Source: an uncultured Deinococcaceae bacterium
GTDB lineage: Bacteria; Deinococcota; Deinococci; Deinococcales; Deinococcaceae
Reading direction: 5' to 3'
Length of the DNA stretch: 64,000 nucleotides
NCBI GenBank assembly: GCA_964252075.1
Contig: CAXULY010000020.1
Coordinates: forward strand, 1 to 64,000
Shown here: positions 21,645 through 32,173 of the stretch, one piece after another
Numbering within the stretch: position 1 is the stretch's first letter
How the letters are laid out: each line of letters begins with the position of its first letter
Position numbers and translations under genes: made by a program
Notes under the pieces: model-generated
Database searches by the model: none
What the model was told of the DNA's origin: nothing
What the model saw: the letters and a program-made list of their open reading frames with translations, nothing else

Positions 21645-22037
21645 AGGGCGGCCTTCAGCGGGAGGGGAAAGGCGGCCTCATTCTGAGTCCACAGGGCTTC
21701 AGCTGCAGGTGGGACCTGTGGTTGTCCTTAAGCGCTGGGCGCAATTGCCTCTGTGCACTGGCGCGATGACCATTCGACGAATTACACAAGTCGATTCCCC
21801 TTTCCCACGCCCGTCTCTACAGTGTGCAGGACCCTGGCGCACCGGGAACGCCAGGGCGTTGCGGCCACCCTGCGGCATGCCACGGGCGGCACCTGCACCG
21901 TCCCACATGCCCTCACCGCTGGGCTGCAGCGCAAGGGCTTCACCGTGCGGCACTTCACCGGCCCGCGCAACGAAAATCGGAGAGCCGCTGGTCGCCCCTG
22001 CATCCCCCCTTCCCATCCGCCCACATGAGGGCAGACC

Positions 22038-22385
22038 ATGTCGAAGAGCATGCATCACTGTAGCCAAGCCGGCCAGGGCGAAGACGACGCCCTGGCCGTT
22101 CTCACCATCGCCGCGGACGGCCTGGTCGGCACTCCCAAAGCCGCCTCCGTCACCAGTGACCTGCTCGCGCAAGGCAAAGCCGCAAATAGAACTCAAGGTC
22201 AGGAAGACCAGCGTGCTGCTGGTCGGTGTCTGCCACACCCGCGACCTCGGCGGCATCGCCATATACGGATGTCCGCCGACGGCACCCTGACCGCCGGGGC
22301 CCCTAACAACCTCTGGGTCGGCTGGAGGCTGCCCAACGGCTCCGTCGCCATCCGCGACAGCAACCGATCTCAGGTCGCGCCCTGA
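22038..22385 (+). pseudogene. Capsid decoration/cement (DUF2190-like) remnant
   Basis: GLVGTPKAASVTSDLLAQGKAA / TSVLLVGV / SADGTLTAGAPNNLWVGW split over frames; upstream of the capsid gene. Confidence 0.4.
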
Positions 22386-22398
22386 CCAAACCGCCACC

Positions 22399-23004
22399 TT
22401 AGGTCGGGGCTTCGACCCAGGCGCGCCACGCGGGCCAGGCATCTACGAGCGCCGCGTACACCGCGTACCCGTCAGCGGCGGGGTGCGCCCCATCACCGAG
22501 CGCCGCCTCACGCAGCCACACGTCATGGCCGGACAGCGTTTGAAAGACGTTGAGGAACGGAACGCCCAACTCCGCGCAGATCTCCCCCACCTCCTGCACC
22601 AATGGCGCGAGCCGAACCGTCATGCCCGCGTCGGGAATGGCTGGGGGGCTGATCATCAGGGTGGGGCAGCGCGCCGACGCTTCGGCCAGGATGATCCGGC
22701 TGTTCTGGAGCGTTTCCTGCAGAGGGACACGGACCACACCGTTCTGGTGGACGGCGTCGTTCGTTCCGAAGGAGAACACCAGGCGGCCATCGTGTCCATC
22801 CAGCCGCAGGGCCGCTTCCTGACGCCATCGCGTCCGAAGTGACCGGCTGGTCTCGCCTCGAATGCCGAGGTTGTAGGTCGTCAACCAGAAGCCATTCGCG
22901 TTGGCAGCCCGGGTGACGCGGCCCACCCATCCCAGACCACTCGGGTCCCCCGCGCCCAGCACGAACGACTCACCGAAAAAGCACACGCGCCGATCCGGCC
23001 TCAC
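22399..23004 (-). CDS. SGNH/GDSL hydrolase
   Basis: VCFFGESFVLGAGD (block I), YNLGIRGETS, FSFGTND, GDGAHP; leaderless TATACT-N6-GTG. Confidence 0.9.
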   Translation of the reverse strand: MRPDRRVCFFGESFVLGAGDPSGLGWVGRVTRAANANGFWLTTYNLGIRGETSRSLRTRWRQEAALRLDGHDGRLVFSFGTNDAVHQNGVVRVPLQETLQNSRIILAEASARCPTLMISPPAIPDAGMTVRLAPLVQEVGEICAELGVPFLNVFQTLSGHDVWLREAALGDGAHPAADGYAVYAALVDAWPAWRAWVEAPT

Positions 23005-23242
23005 GCCCCGAGTATAGGGCGCGTGTAGAACGCCGCTCATCACCACGGGCTCACACCCGGCCCGCCCAGCACCGCCCACAGGAGAGCATCCGCGCGCCAT
23101 GCACACCAACTCAACAGCACATTTCGCCAGGCCGCACGAGGGTCGGTTGCCCAATGTGGAGGGCGGCGTCCACACCGACCGCCTGACCGTCATCACCCTC
23201 GCGCCCGGCGTCGTCAAGCGCTGCCACGAGGGCCAGTACGAC

Positions 23243-24288
23243 ATGGCCTTCACCGACAGGCTCGAAGAGGCCCGCCAGCTGCGCACCACGGACCCCAAGG
23301 TGTATACCCGCGAGCTACAGTACCGTCGCGCGCGCGATCAGCGGAAACCGCGCTTCTGAGCTGCGCCTCGTCGAGACCCGCACCACCAGTGACCTCGCGT
23401 ACGCGCTCGGCGCAACCCAGGACGCCGTGCGGCGCGACGACCGCCCCGCCTTCGCGACCGCGCTCCTGGATCCGAGCGTGGTATGCCGCCGTGTGGTGGA
23501 CAACTTCCTGCCGCTGCGCACGCGGCGGGGTGGAGCTGCTGCACAAGTTCCTGCGCCGCCGTCCAGAGGACAAAACACCGAATACCCCGGCTGGGTGGGG
23601 CGCGGCGGTGACTACACCATCGCGGAGTACGCGCTGGGCATGACGTACACGCGCACCATGAACCTCAACGACAAGTACGGTGAGCTGCGGGACGCCGCGT
23701 TCGAGGTGGGCCAGAACGCCACCCGCACGCGCACCCTGGTCATCATCGGCGCGCTGTACGCTTCGGCCCCCTCGCTGGTCCTCCCGAACGGCGCGAACGG
23801 CCCGGACGTCGCGAACATGCAGGCGGTCCTCGCGGCCATGCCGGACCAGGAGATTGACGGGCGCGAGTACAGCACGGCGCCCACCGACCTGTGCGGCGGG
23901 AACGTGTGGCGCACTTAGCGAACGCGATGCTCGCCACGGCCACCCTACCCAACGCGGGCGACGGCCTCACCGCCCGCCCGAGCCCCGTCTACCAGGGTTT
24001 CGCCGCGCAGCCGGAGACGGTGTTCGGGGACATCACTGCCGCCGACATCGTGAGCTTCGACAAGAAAGACTTCTTCGCGATGGACAGCAGCAAGACCCGC
24101 TGGAGTTCGCGACGCTGCGGGAGTACGAGGCGGGCGCCAGGACCCTCACGAAGGTCGCGGACGCGGTGCAGCTGGACGTCGGATCGTTCGTGAACGGCAT
24201 CTTCAGCGTGAAGTTCAGCGACGCCATCGGCGGCGCGGTCGCGGATAAGCGCGGCGTGCTGCGCGTCTCCAGCAAGAACGGCGCCTGA
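23243..24288 (+). pseudogene. Major capsid protein (Mu gpT-like, HK97 fold) pseudogene
   Basis: Frameshifted segments DLAYALG..VRR / YTIAEYALGMTYTRTMNLNDKYGELRDAAFEVGQNATRT / LDVGSFVNGIFSVKFSDAIGGAVADKRG; position within the head module. Confidence 0.65.
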
Positions 24289-24351
24289 ACGGAGGTCGGG
24301 CGCAACTGCGCCCGGGACACTCCACCCACAGGGCGGCCCCTACGCTGAGCC

Positions 24352-25017
24352 GTGTTGTTCACGCTGGTCTTCGCGTTACTGCTCGGCCTGGCGGTGCTCA
24401 TGGGACCGATCATCGGCTTCGGCGTGTCACTTCTCGTGCAGGGACGCCGCGGCGCTTGGCCACCCATCATTGTCTCGTCCGCCGCTCCGCTGCTCATCAC
24501 GCTGCTGCTCGGCGGCGCGACCTTCGCGCCCGAGCGGTTCAGCGTGGGTCAAGACTGGGATGTCGGCGGCATGGACGTCTTCAAGACGCCGTTGGGCGGT
24601 GGCTTCTTCGTCACGAGCATCGACTCGGCGCAGGAGTACGGCTTCCTGGATGGCGTACAGCGGGACCATGGGCGGGAGACAGTGACGCGGCTTGGCTGCG
24701 CCAATGGCGTGTCCATCCTGACGATCAGGAACAACAGGCGTTACGCCCTTGTGGACGTCTCGGCGCGCCAACTGACGTTCTTCAGGAGTGAGGCGGCCTT
24801 GAAGGCTGCGCTGGCCGTCCCGCCTCACCAGATGTTGACCTGGACGAACCGCACGGGCTTTGAGCACTCGACCTGTGCGGTCTGGGAACCACCTCAGGTG
24901 GTGATGCGTGAGCGTCGCCTGTGGAATCTGACGCTCGCCGTGGTGCTGGCCGGTCCCGTGGCTCTGGGCCTGTGGGTGTGGCGCGTCCGCGCCCGGGCCA
25001 TCCGCCGCCAACCGTAA
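24352..25017 (+). CDS. Hypothetical membrane protein
   Basis: Two N-terminal and one C-terminal hydrophobic segments; leaderless TACGCT-N5-GTG; intact. Confidence 0.75.
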   Translation: MLFTLVFALLLGLAVLMGPIIGFGVSLLVQGRRGAWPPIIVSSAAPLLITLLLGGATFAPERFSVGQDWDVGGMDVFKTPLGGGFFVTSIDSAQEYGFLDGVQRDHGRETVTRLGCANGVSILTIRNNRRYALVDVSARQLTFFRSEAALKAALAVPPHQMLTWTNRTGFEHSTCAVWEPPQVVMRERRLWNLTLAVVLAGPVALGLWVWRVRARAIRRQP

Positions 25018-25230
25018 CCGCCGACTCGGCATCAGCTCGTGGTCTTTGGCACGCCCTGTGGTCCTCGCGGGCCGGGCGCGCGACCGCAGAATGCGCGGGG
25101 AAGAGGGGCACGCATAAGGCACCCCAAGCAGGACGGTCAGAACCTGGTCGTCGCGCAGCGCCTGTGGCGCGGCGGCCGTTTCATTGCGGTCGGCACGCCC
25201 TGACGCAACGTGGACACCGGCTAGACGCCC

Positions 25231-25740
25231 GTGGACGCGAAGGTCACGGCGCACGACCAGCAGACGGGTTTCCTGCGCTCCGGCGAGGACCTGGGGCGCG
25301 GGCGCAACACGGAGGCGTACGCGGCGCGCAAGGCCGCCGAGGGGCAGGGCGCGGCCCTGCTGGAGGCGCAGGAGGAGCTCGATGACCTCACCAGCCAGCT
25401 GGAGACCGTCAAGACCGAAGCCGTTAAGGTGGCGGGCCTGCAGACGCAGGTGACGACCCTCACCACGCAGCCGGAGGCGGCGCGCGCGCAAGCCGCGAAG
25501 CCCGAGGAAGCCGCCGCGCTGAAGGTGTACCGCGATGCGGTGGGTAACCTGCTGCCCGAGGGCCTCGCGTCGGTGGCGCGCAAGAGCCTCCTGGAAGCGG
25601 GCTTCGTCGGCAAGCAGTTCCTCGCGCGCGTCCCAGACGAGGAGCTGCGCGCGCTGAACGGCGCCACGGACGGCACCATCAAGGCGCTGCACAAGTTCGC
25701 GCCGGTTCAGGCCAAGCTGGCACCCATGACCGGGGGCTGA
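25231..25740 (+). CDS. Phage coiled-coil protein with C-terminal helix-hairpin-helix-like domain
   Basis: Heptad region, then ARKSLLEAGF...LARVPDEELRALNGATDGTIKAL; 5' end uncertain. Confidence 0.5.
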   Translation: MDAKVTAHDQQTGFLRSGEDLGRGRNTEAYAARKAAEGQGAALLEAQEELDDLTSQLETVKTEAVKVAGLQTQVTTLTTQPEAARAQAAKPEEAAALKVYRDAVGNLLPEGLASVARKSLLEAGFVGKQFLARVPDEELRALNGATDGTIKALHKFAPVQAKLAPMTGG

Positions 25741-25749
25741 GCCCTGACG

Positions 25750-26076
25750 GTGCCCGCACGGCCCCTCACGCCGCGGCAACGGCTGGAAGGTGAGATGAAC
25801 CTTCTGCCCAACGACGTCGGCCTGGACAGCAACGACTACGACGACCGCATCGGGCTGTGGGGTCAGCTCACCACCGAACGCCCAAGTGTCATGGACGCCC
25901 GGCTCCTGAGCGATCGCTTGCCCCACATGACCGTCATCACGACCAGCAAAGGTGACGCGCTCGCCGCGAACGCCACGTGGGGCACGGAGGACGGCCAGGT
26001 GGACGGCGCCCGACTGAAGGCGCCGGTGCACCCCCGAACCTGCTTCGGCAGCGACTGGGGACGCTGTTGTGTTTGA
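25750..26076 (+). pseudogene. Probable head-tail adaptor remnant
   Basis: Short ORF following the capsid-region genes; the C-terminal part degenerates. Positional call only. Confidence 0.3.
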
Positions 26077-26119
26077 CGGTCGCTCCCTGGCCTCAAGGCG
26101 CGGCCCGCAGTGACCGTCG

Positions 26120-26500
26120 TCAGCGCCCGTCGAAGCGCGCCACCTGGAAACCCTGGTCGTTGAAGGGGTTTGCGCCCGCGTCGGTGCCCACCAGCAGGAC
26201 CTGCATGTATGACGTCGGCAGCACCAGAGACGCGCCCCCCGCGCGTCCGGGCGCGGTGAACGCCACGCTGCGCACGCCCCTCCAGCCGTTGGTGGCGAAG
26301 GTGGGCGTCTCGAATTGCAGCGTGTTGAGGCCGGGCGTCAGGAGCAACGCACTGAGGTCGGTGGCGTTGGCCTTCCAGGGGAAGGACGCGCCACCAGCAT
26401 ACGGGTCTGGGGTGGTGGCTCTGGGTGGCCGACTGCGACCGGAGTTGAGGAGCGGGAGGGTGAGGGCGAACAGCGTAAGGGCGGGTCCGGGGTGCGTGAC
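26120..26500 (-). pseudogene. Remnant of a Deinococcus-type NPCBM/NEW2 domain exported protein
   Basis: ALTLFALTLPLL signal, PDPYAGGASFPW, LTPGLNTLQFETPTFATNGW, then abrupt loss of the domain. Confidence 0.45.
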
Positions 26501-26948
26501 GCCTCCAGGGGTGCGCCGCGAGGGTGGAACTGAGGGGCGCTCCGCCAGCATGACCGCCTGAACCATCCGGGAGCGCACGGTGCTCATGAGCATCAACCCG
26601 GAAACCTTAAAGCAATGAGCATATGCCTCCATGCATCGGCCGCCGCGGTCCATGGAGGCGTGCGCAACGCTGACATTCCGCGGAATAATCAACCCTGCTG
26701 GAGCGTTCCTTTTCAGTCCCTCGCCATGACGCACTTCCTGCGTCATCCCATCACCCTCAAGCTGCTGCGGTTTCATCTGGCGTTTAACGTTAATTTTACG
26801 CCAGATGAGTCAACATGAGCGGCGTACGAGCTCAGCGGTCCCGATGATGACCGCGACCCAGTTGGGTCCACAACCGCTCACCCCACCACCCAGCGGACGG
26901 GTCTGGCCGATGCGCCGCACCTGACCTTCTCTCCCAAGGAGGGGCTCC

Positions 26949-28100
26949 ATGCCCACCGGCAAGGCAGAGACCTACGGCTTCATCGACGCGATGCGCGGGT
27001 ACGCCATCCTCCTGGTGATTGCGGTGCACGTGTGGCACGTGCCGGGCGCGCTCACGCCCTGGTTCCAGCGGGTGGTGGAGTACGGACAGATGGGCGTGCA
27101 GCTCTTCTTCGTGGTGTCCGCACTCACGCTCTGCCTGTCCTACGCGCGCCGCGGAGATGAGCGCCAGCCCGTCGCAAAATTCGCCATCCGGCGGTTCTTC
27201 CGCATCGCGCCGCTGTACTACCTCGGCATCCTCATCTACGGGGGCCTCAGCCTCCTGCTGCACGCCCCCACCCTGTCGGCGTACACACCGGTGAACGTCG
27301 CGGCGAACGTCCTGTTCCTGCACGGCCTCTTCCCGCCCGCCATCAACACCGTCGTGCCCGGCGGGTGGTCCATCGGCGTGGAGATGCTGTTCTACGCCCT
27401 CTTCCCCCTGCTGTTCGTGCTCGCCCACCGGTGGTACGAGCGGTGGGGCGTCCGGGCCCTGTGGGGCTTGACGGGCGCGGCGATCGCGGGGAACTTCGTG
27501 GCGCAGACGGCGCTGCACTTGGTGTGGAAGCCCATGGAGAACGTGAGCTTCGCGTACTTCAGCATCATCAACCAGCTGCCGGTGTTCCTCCTCGGCATGA
27601 CCCTGTACTTCAGCGGGCGGCAGGGCGTGGTGCAACCGCACCGGCGGGGCATGGCCGTGAACGCGGCGGCCTTCGCGCTGCTCACCGCTTTGGGTTTCGT
27701 GCTGTGGTCCGTGGGCGGACTGGCGTTCGCGCTGATCCCCACCGTCGCGGGCCTGTCCTTCGTGTTCCTGGTGCGCCTCGTGCGGGACGTGCCGGCCCTG
27801 CGTCCCCGGACCATCCGCCGGATCGGGCAGGTCTCCTACTCGATGTACATCTTCCACTTCATCTTCGCGTCGTACCTCGTCAGCGCCATCGCGCAGCGGA
27901 CGCTGACGTCGGCGAACCCGTACGTCGCCTTCGTCCTGTCGTACCTGGTGGTGGTGGCGTGCACGTTCGGCGTGGCGCTGCTGAGCGAGCGGCACATCGA
28001 ACGGCACGGCATCGCCCTCGGCAAACGGCTCATCGACCGCATCAACACGAGGCTCAAGCCAGCCCCAGCGCCGCCAGCGTTCCCCACCAGCGTCGAATAA
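26949..28100 (+). CDS. Acyltransferase family 3 (OafA-like) membrane protein
   Basis: IDAMRGYAILLVIAVH, GVQLFFVVS, RRFFRIAPLY, WSIGVEMLFY, SYSMYIFH, IER. Confidence 0.93.
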   Translation: MPTGKAETYGFIDAMRGYAILLVIAVHVWHVPGALTPWFQRVVEYGQMGVQLFFVVSALTLCLSYARRGDERQPVAKFAIRRFFRIAPLYYLGILIYGGLSLLLHAPTLSAYTPVNVAANVLFLHGLFPPAINTVVPGGWSIGVEMLFYALFPLLFVLAHRWYERWGVRALWGLTGAAIAGNFVAQTALHLVWKPMENVSFAYFSIINQLPVFLLGMTLYFSGRQGVVQPHRRGMAVNAAAFALLTALGFVLWSVGGLAFALIPTVAGLSFVFLVRLVRDVPALRPRTIRRIGQVSYSMYIFHFIFASYLVSAIAQRTLTSANPYVAFVLSYLVVVACTFGVALLSERHIERHGIALGKRLIDRINTRLKPAPAPPAFPTSVE

Positions 28101-29324
28101 CGCCGGTCCGCGCACGGTCGGGACCCACACTGGGTGCAGTGCGGCCTGCCATCACCGAACAACCCCAGCGTGTCACCACAGCAGCGGAGCGGCACCAGAT
28201 GTTCCGCGCGCTGGTCCAGGAGAAGGGCGGATCGCCGCCCTCGACTGGGCCTCAGGGGTTCACCGCGTCACCATCCAGAAGCTCATGTCCGGAGATCGGG
28301 ATCTCCCGGGGGCGGGCGCTGACACCGTTCGGCGCCTGCTCCCAGCATTGGGCCTGACGGGCCCGGAGGCGGTTCGCCTGCTCGCCATTCCGCCGGAGCG
28401 GCGCCACATTTGGGCGCCCGTCGCGCTGCGCCTTGACGAGGGCACAGCAGTGCACCTGGGGCAGCGAGCGGGTGCCGCTTGCCGAGGCGGTACCTCGCGG
28501 TGCGACCGGAAACCATCCCGACTCAGGCGGAGGTGCTTGAGCCGCGGGTGCGCATCGAGGTGAACTGAAGCGCTGACGGTGACCCTCCCAAAAGGCTTCT
28601 TCACTGCACTGCCGTGAGCACATGCGGCAGGCGTCTGCTCCGCTGAGCGGTGAATCGCCTGGCATCGCATCTCCCCGTCGCACCGGCTGAACAGGCAACT
28701 CCACGACACCCAGGTGGAACTCACCCTGCACGCGGCCCTGACCATCCTCGCACAACGCGTGGAGGACCAGGATCGGCCTCGGGCGTCGAACCGCATCGAA
28801 CGCGAGGGCGCCGTCACACGCCTGGTCGCGTCCGTTGAGGCGCTGGCCCGCGAGGATTGACGTCGTCCGTGCCGCGTCGCGTGTCCAGCACCGCCTGCGC
28901 GGGTGCTGGCCGACCGCGCAGGTGCGCATGCACTGCAGGGACCGAGCGAGGTGCGGCACTGCGCTGGAACAACTTTATTGCGTTGCCAGACTGACTGTTC
29001 CAACAGCAGGCGCGCCGCTGCCTCGTCCACGCCTGCGTCCTCAATTTCTGCCTGAACAAGGCCGAGAATGAGCGTGATGCTCCGCATTCAGTCAGTGAGC
29101 CGCGGGGCGGGTTGAGCCGAGACCGTGGTGGACAGCGCCGTCCTTCACCGGGCGCTTGAATGAGGACTCGGTCAACGCCCACTCGGGCGGCTGGTCCCGC
29201 CTGATTCACGGCACCGTCCAGCAAGGTACACAGCTGGGTTGGGACGTCCTGCTCGTCAAGGCGTTCTGCCCCTGTCACGTCGTCTTTCTGGGAACCCGTC
29301 GTCACCGGCCGCTCGGTGGGCTGC

Positions 29325-30590
29325 TCACGGATCAACGGCCTCGGCGCTTTCCACCCGTGCCACGTCCGCTGAAGTCAATTGACCGGCCCGCGTTCTGAAG
29401 GTGAGGTAAGCCCAGAGGCTGCCCGCGCCGATCAGCACCCCCTGCGCCGCGATGAGCCAGCGCGGACCGACGATGGCCTGCGTGTGGCCCAGCAGCACAT
29501 ACAGCGCAAGGAACGTCAAACTGGTGAGAACGCCGAACGCGCTCTCGACCCGTCCCTGGTACTCGAGTTGCGTCTGCTCCTGGGCCGCTGTGCGGTACAG
29601 AATCAAGCTGCGGGAGAACAACCCCATCAGGCCCCAGGCGACGGTCGCGCCAGCGAACCCAGGCGCCCATGCGCCGAGCAGCAGGGTGAGGCTCAGGAGG
29701 GCCGGGGCGAGCGTCATCAACGCGCGGGTCGAAAACCGCCTGGTCAGGGCTGGGAGCGCGAAGCCCGCCAGGACGGCGCCCACCGCCCACGCGCCGTCAA
29801 TGATTCCCAGGGCACTGGGGGGGAGGTGCAGCGTCTGATGCACGAACGGCACCAGCAGGGCGTTCATGCTTTGTGCGGTGCTGGCGAGTACCAGGGCCAT
29901 CACGTACGGGAACGCCAGCTGCGGGTGGCGGCGGAGGTACAGCCAGCCAAGCCTGAGGTCCTGGGCGTAGCGCGATGTGGGCGGTGGGCGGCGACCAGGG
30001 CCCACGATCTGGACCGTCCACAGTGCGGAGAGCAGAAACGTCAGGGCATTCAGCAGCAAGACGGCGGCGGGATGCAGCCAGGTCATCAGCAGCCCACTCG
30101 ACCCGGCCCCGAGCACCATGCCGAGCTGCGTGCCGATCATGCTGGTCGTGTTGGCGCGCAGCAGCTGCGCGGGTGGCACGATCTCCCGGACCAGGGCGCT
30201 TTGCGTCGGTTTGAAGATCGTGTCGCCCAGCGCGGCGAGGAAGCTCGCAAGGTACAGGTGCCACGCTTCGAGGCGGCCCAGCGTGAAGATGATGGGCACG
30301 GCGAGCAGCGCGGCCGCCCGGAACAGATCTATGGCGGCGGCGAGCGTGCGCCGCTCGTACCGGTCGGCCAGCACGCCGGCGAGCGGCGCGAGCGCGACCC
30401 CGGGGAGGTTTGAGCAGATCAGGATGATCGCGCTGGCGGCCGCATTGCCCGTCAGCTCGGTCGCCAGCCAGCTCGCCGCAATGAACTGCATGCCATTTCC
30501 GACGCTCGACACGCTCGACGCGGCGAGGTACAGCAGGTAGTTTCGACCCAGGCAGGCGGGCCAGCCGAACTCACCGTTCTTCGTCAACAC
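29325..30590 (-). CDS. MFS transporter (DHA3-like)
   Basis: About 12 TM segments, motif A GVLADRYERR; SD GGAGGT. Confidence 0.92.
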   Translation of the reverse strand: MLTKNGEFGWPACLGRNYLLYLAASSVSSVGNGMQFIAASWLATELTGNAAASAIILICSNLPGVALAPLAGVLADRYERRTLAAAIDLFRAAALLAVPIIFTLGRLEAWHLYLASFLAALGDTIFKPTQSALVREIVPPAQLLRANTTSMIGTQLGMVLGAGSSGLLMTWLHPAAVLLLNALTFLLSALWTVQIVGPGRRPPPTSRYAQDLRLGWLYLRRHPQLAFPYVMALVLASTAQSMNALLVPFVHQTLHLPPSALGIIDGAWAVGAVLAGFALPALTRRFSTRALMTLAPALLSLTLLLGAWAPGFAGATVAWGLMGLFSRSLILYRTAAQEQTQLEYQGRVESAFGVLTSLTFLALYVLLGHTQAIVGPRWLIAAQGVLIGAGSLWAYLTFRTRAGQLTSADVARVESAEAVDP

Positions 30591-30672
30591 GCGATCACCT
30601 CCGCCGTCACGCTAGGGGACGGTCCACGCGCGCCCGCCGGATTCAACGAACCGTGAATCGTAGTGTGGAGGG

Positions 30673-31665
30673 GTGAGCGTGCACTTTCTCTTGGAGGCGG
30701 ACGACCTGGGTCGGTTGCGGTTCGCCTTCTCACCCATGTGGGAAACCATCATGAGTCTGCGTGTCCTCCAGGACCCCGCCCTGGGCGCCCTGCACCTGCC
30801 CTGGATCCACGAGACGCGGCGGCAGTTCGCGGCGCGCGCACCAAGCCCGCACCTCACGCTGGTGATGCGCCTGGTGCACGCCCAGCAGTACATGCCGGAC
30901 TTTCTGACGCCACCGCCCACCACGCCATTCCCGGAATTCGAGGAAGAACTCGAAGCGGTGCGCACCACGTCCGCGAACGTGATACGGCGTGAACTGCTCA
31001 AAACCTTCCCCAGCGCACCACACCGTCCGGGTCTGGTGCAAGCCCTGATGGACGACCCGGGCGCCCACCTGGACCCGCTGGTTCAAGCGATCCGTGGATA
31101 CTGGCAGCAGCACCTGGCCCCGCACTGGCCGCGCATCCGCCTGATGCTTCAGGAGGACGTGACCGTCCGCGGACAGGTCCTGGCGCTGGGCGGCGCTCCG
31201 GCACTCTTCTTGGGCCTCCACGCGAGTCTGACGTACCGGAACCTGGTGCTCACCCGCCAGAGCGAGTCCGAGGAGACAGTGCGGGTGGGTGGTCGGGGCC
31301 TGGTCCTGGTGCCGAGCCTGTTCAGCTGGTCCCAGGTGCTGGCCGTGCGGGACGCGCCGTGGCAGCCCACCATCATCTATCCCGCTCGCGGGGCGGCGAA
31401 CCTCTGGCGCCCGCCGGTCGATCCCCACCGCGCCCTGGGGCACCTGCTGGGCGCGAGCCGGTCCCGCATCTTCTGGAGCCTGCAGCGTCCGAGCACCACC
31501 CAGGAACTCGCCGCTCGTTTCGGGAGTGCGCCTGGGGGCATCAGTGTGCAGCTCTCGAAATTGCGTTGGGCAGGCCTGATCGAGGGGCGCCGGGTGGGAC
31601 GGGCCGTGTACTACATGCTCTCCAGTCGAGGTGAAGCGCTGCTGGCATTGTTCATCCAGGAGTGA
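30673..31665 (+). CDS. ArsR-family regulator with N-terminal DUF5937-like domain
   Basis: RFAFSPMWET, YMPDFLTPPP, GLVLVPSLF, LGHLLGASRSRI, C-terminal wHTH; divergent from the MFS gene. Confidence 0.85.
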   Translation: MSVHFLLEADDLGRLRFAFSPMWETIMSLRVLQDPALGALHLPWIHETRRQFAARAPSPHLTLVMRLVHAQQYMPDFLTPPPTTPFPEFEEELEAVRTTSANVIRRELLKTFPSAPHRPGLVQALMDDPGAHLDPLVQAIRGYWQQHLAPHWPRIRLMLQEDVTVRGQVLALGGAPALFLGLHASLTYRNLVLTRQSESEETVRVGGRGLVLVPSLFSWSQVLAVRDAPWQPTIIYPARGAANLWRPPVDPHRALGHLLGASRSRIFWSLQRPSTTQELAARFGSAPGGISVQLSKLRWAGLIEGRRVGRAVYYMLSSRGEALLALFIQE

Positions 31666-32173
31666 CGGCCGCGCGTCGAGCGCACCTGGGGCGCTGGTCC
31701 GTCCCCACGACCGGTGGTGCGCAGTCCACCGCCGGCTCCGTCTCACAGGACGGTGGGTTCATCGGAAGGTACCAGGAAACGATGGTGTGCAGGAGATGCG
31801 CATTCCCGCCTGGCGCGACCGCGTAGGAGGGCAGCGCACGCCGCCGTGATTCGGCAGCGCGCCATGCTCCGGACGTGGAGAACGCAGGTCCGACTCCTGC
31901 GGGCGGCACCTCCCGCTTGGTGGAATCGATCTTGAACCGCCCACGGTCTGCTTCATGCACGCTACAACCCAGCTGAGTGAGCTTGGAGGCCGCCCCGCAC
32001 GTTCTGCCGTGCCGGGCGTTTTTGCGGCCCCGACGCGCCGCCCCTGGGTGCACCACCCACGTCCACCGCTGGCCGCTTCGTTGACCACAGCAGGACCGCC
32101 CCGGAGATTCCGCATGTGACCACTGGATTCCGACTCAGCACAGGTATCCTGGATTCACCCCTCAGGAGCGCTT

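Larger units (their letters stand above)
15931..26076 (+). mobile_element. Decayed prophage head-morphogenesis module interleaved with cargo genes
   Basis: Colinear terS-terL-portal-(scaffold/decoration)-major capsid-HhH-adaptor remnants, most carrying frameshifts or stops. No tail, lysis or integrase gene seen. Confidence 0.8.

Noticed and set aside
20703..25061. CCACAGG/CCTGTGG heptamers near cargo junctions, including a 10-bp inverted pair at 24326/25052
   Set aside because: Too short for GC-rich DNA, inconsistent in position and orientation, and absent around YwqG; cannot be called cassette recombination sites without comparative data.
26796..26813. Possible DdrO/RDRM radiation-response motif
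   Set aside because: Only the left half (TTACGCC) fits; the right half does not.
28200..29160. Possible tyrosine recombinase remnant (LLPALGLTGPEAVRL; EVRHCAGT)
   Set aside because: Resemblance is faint, split over frames, and lacks a convincing catalytic motif set.
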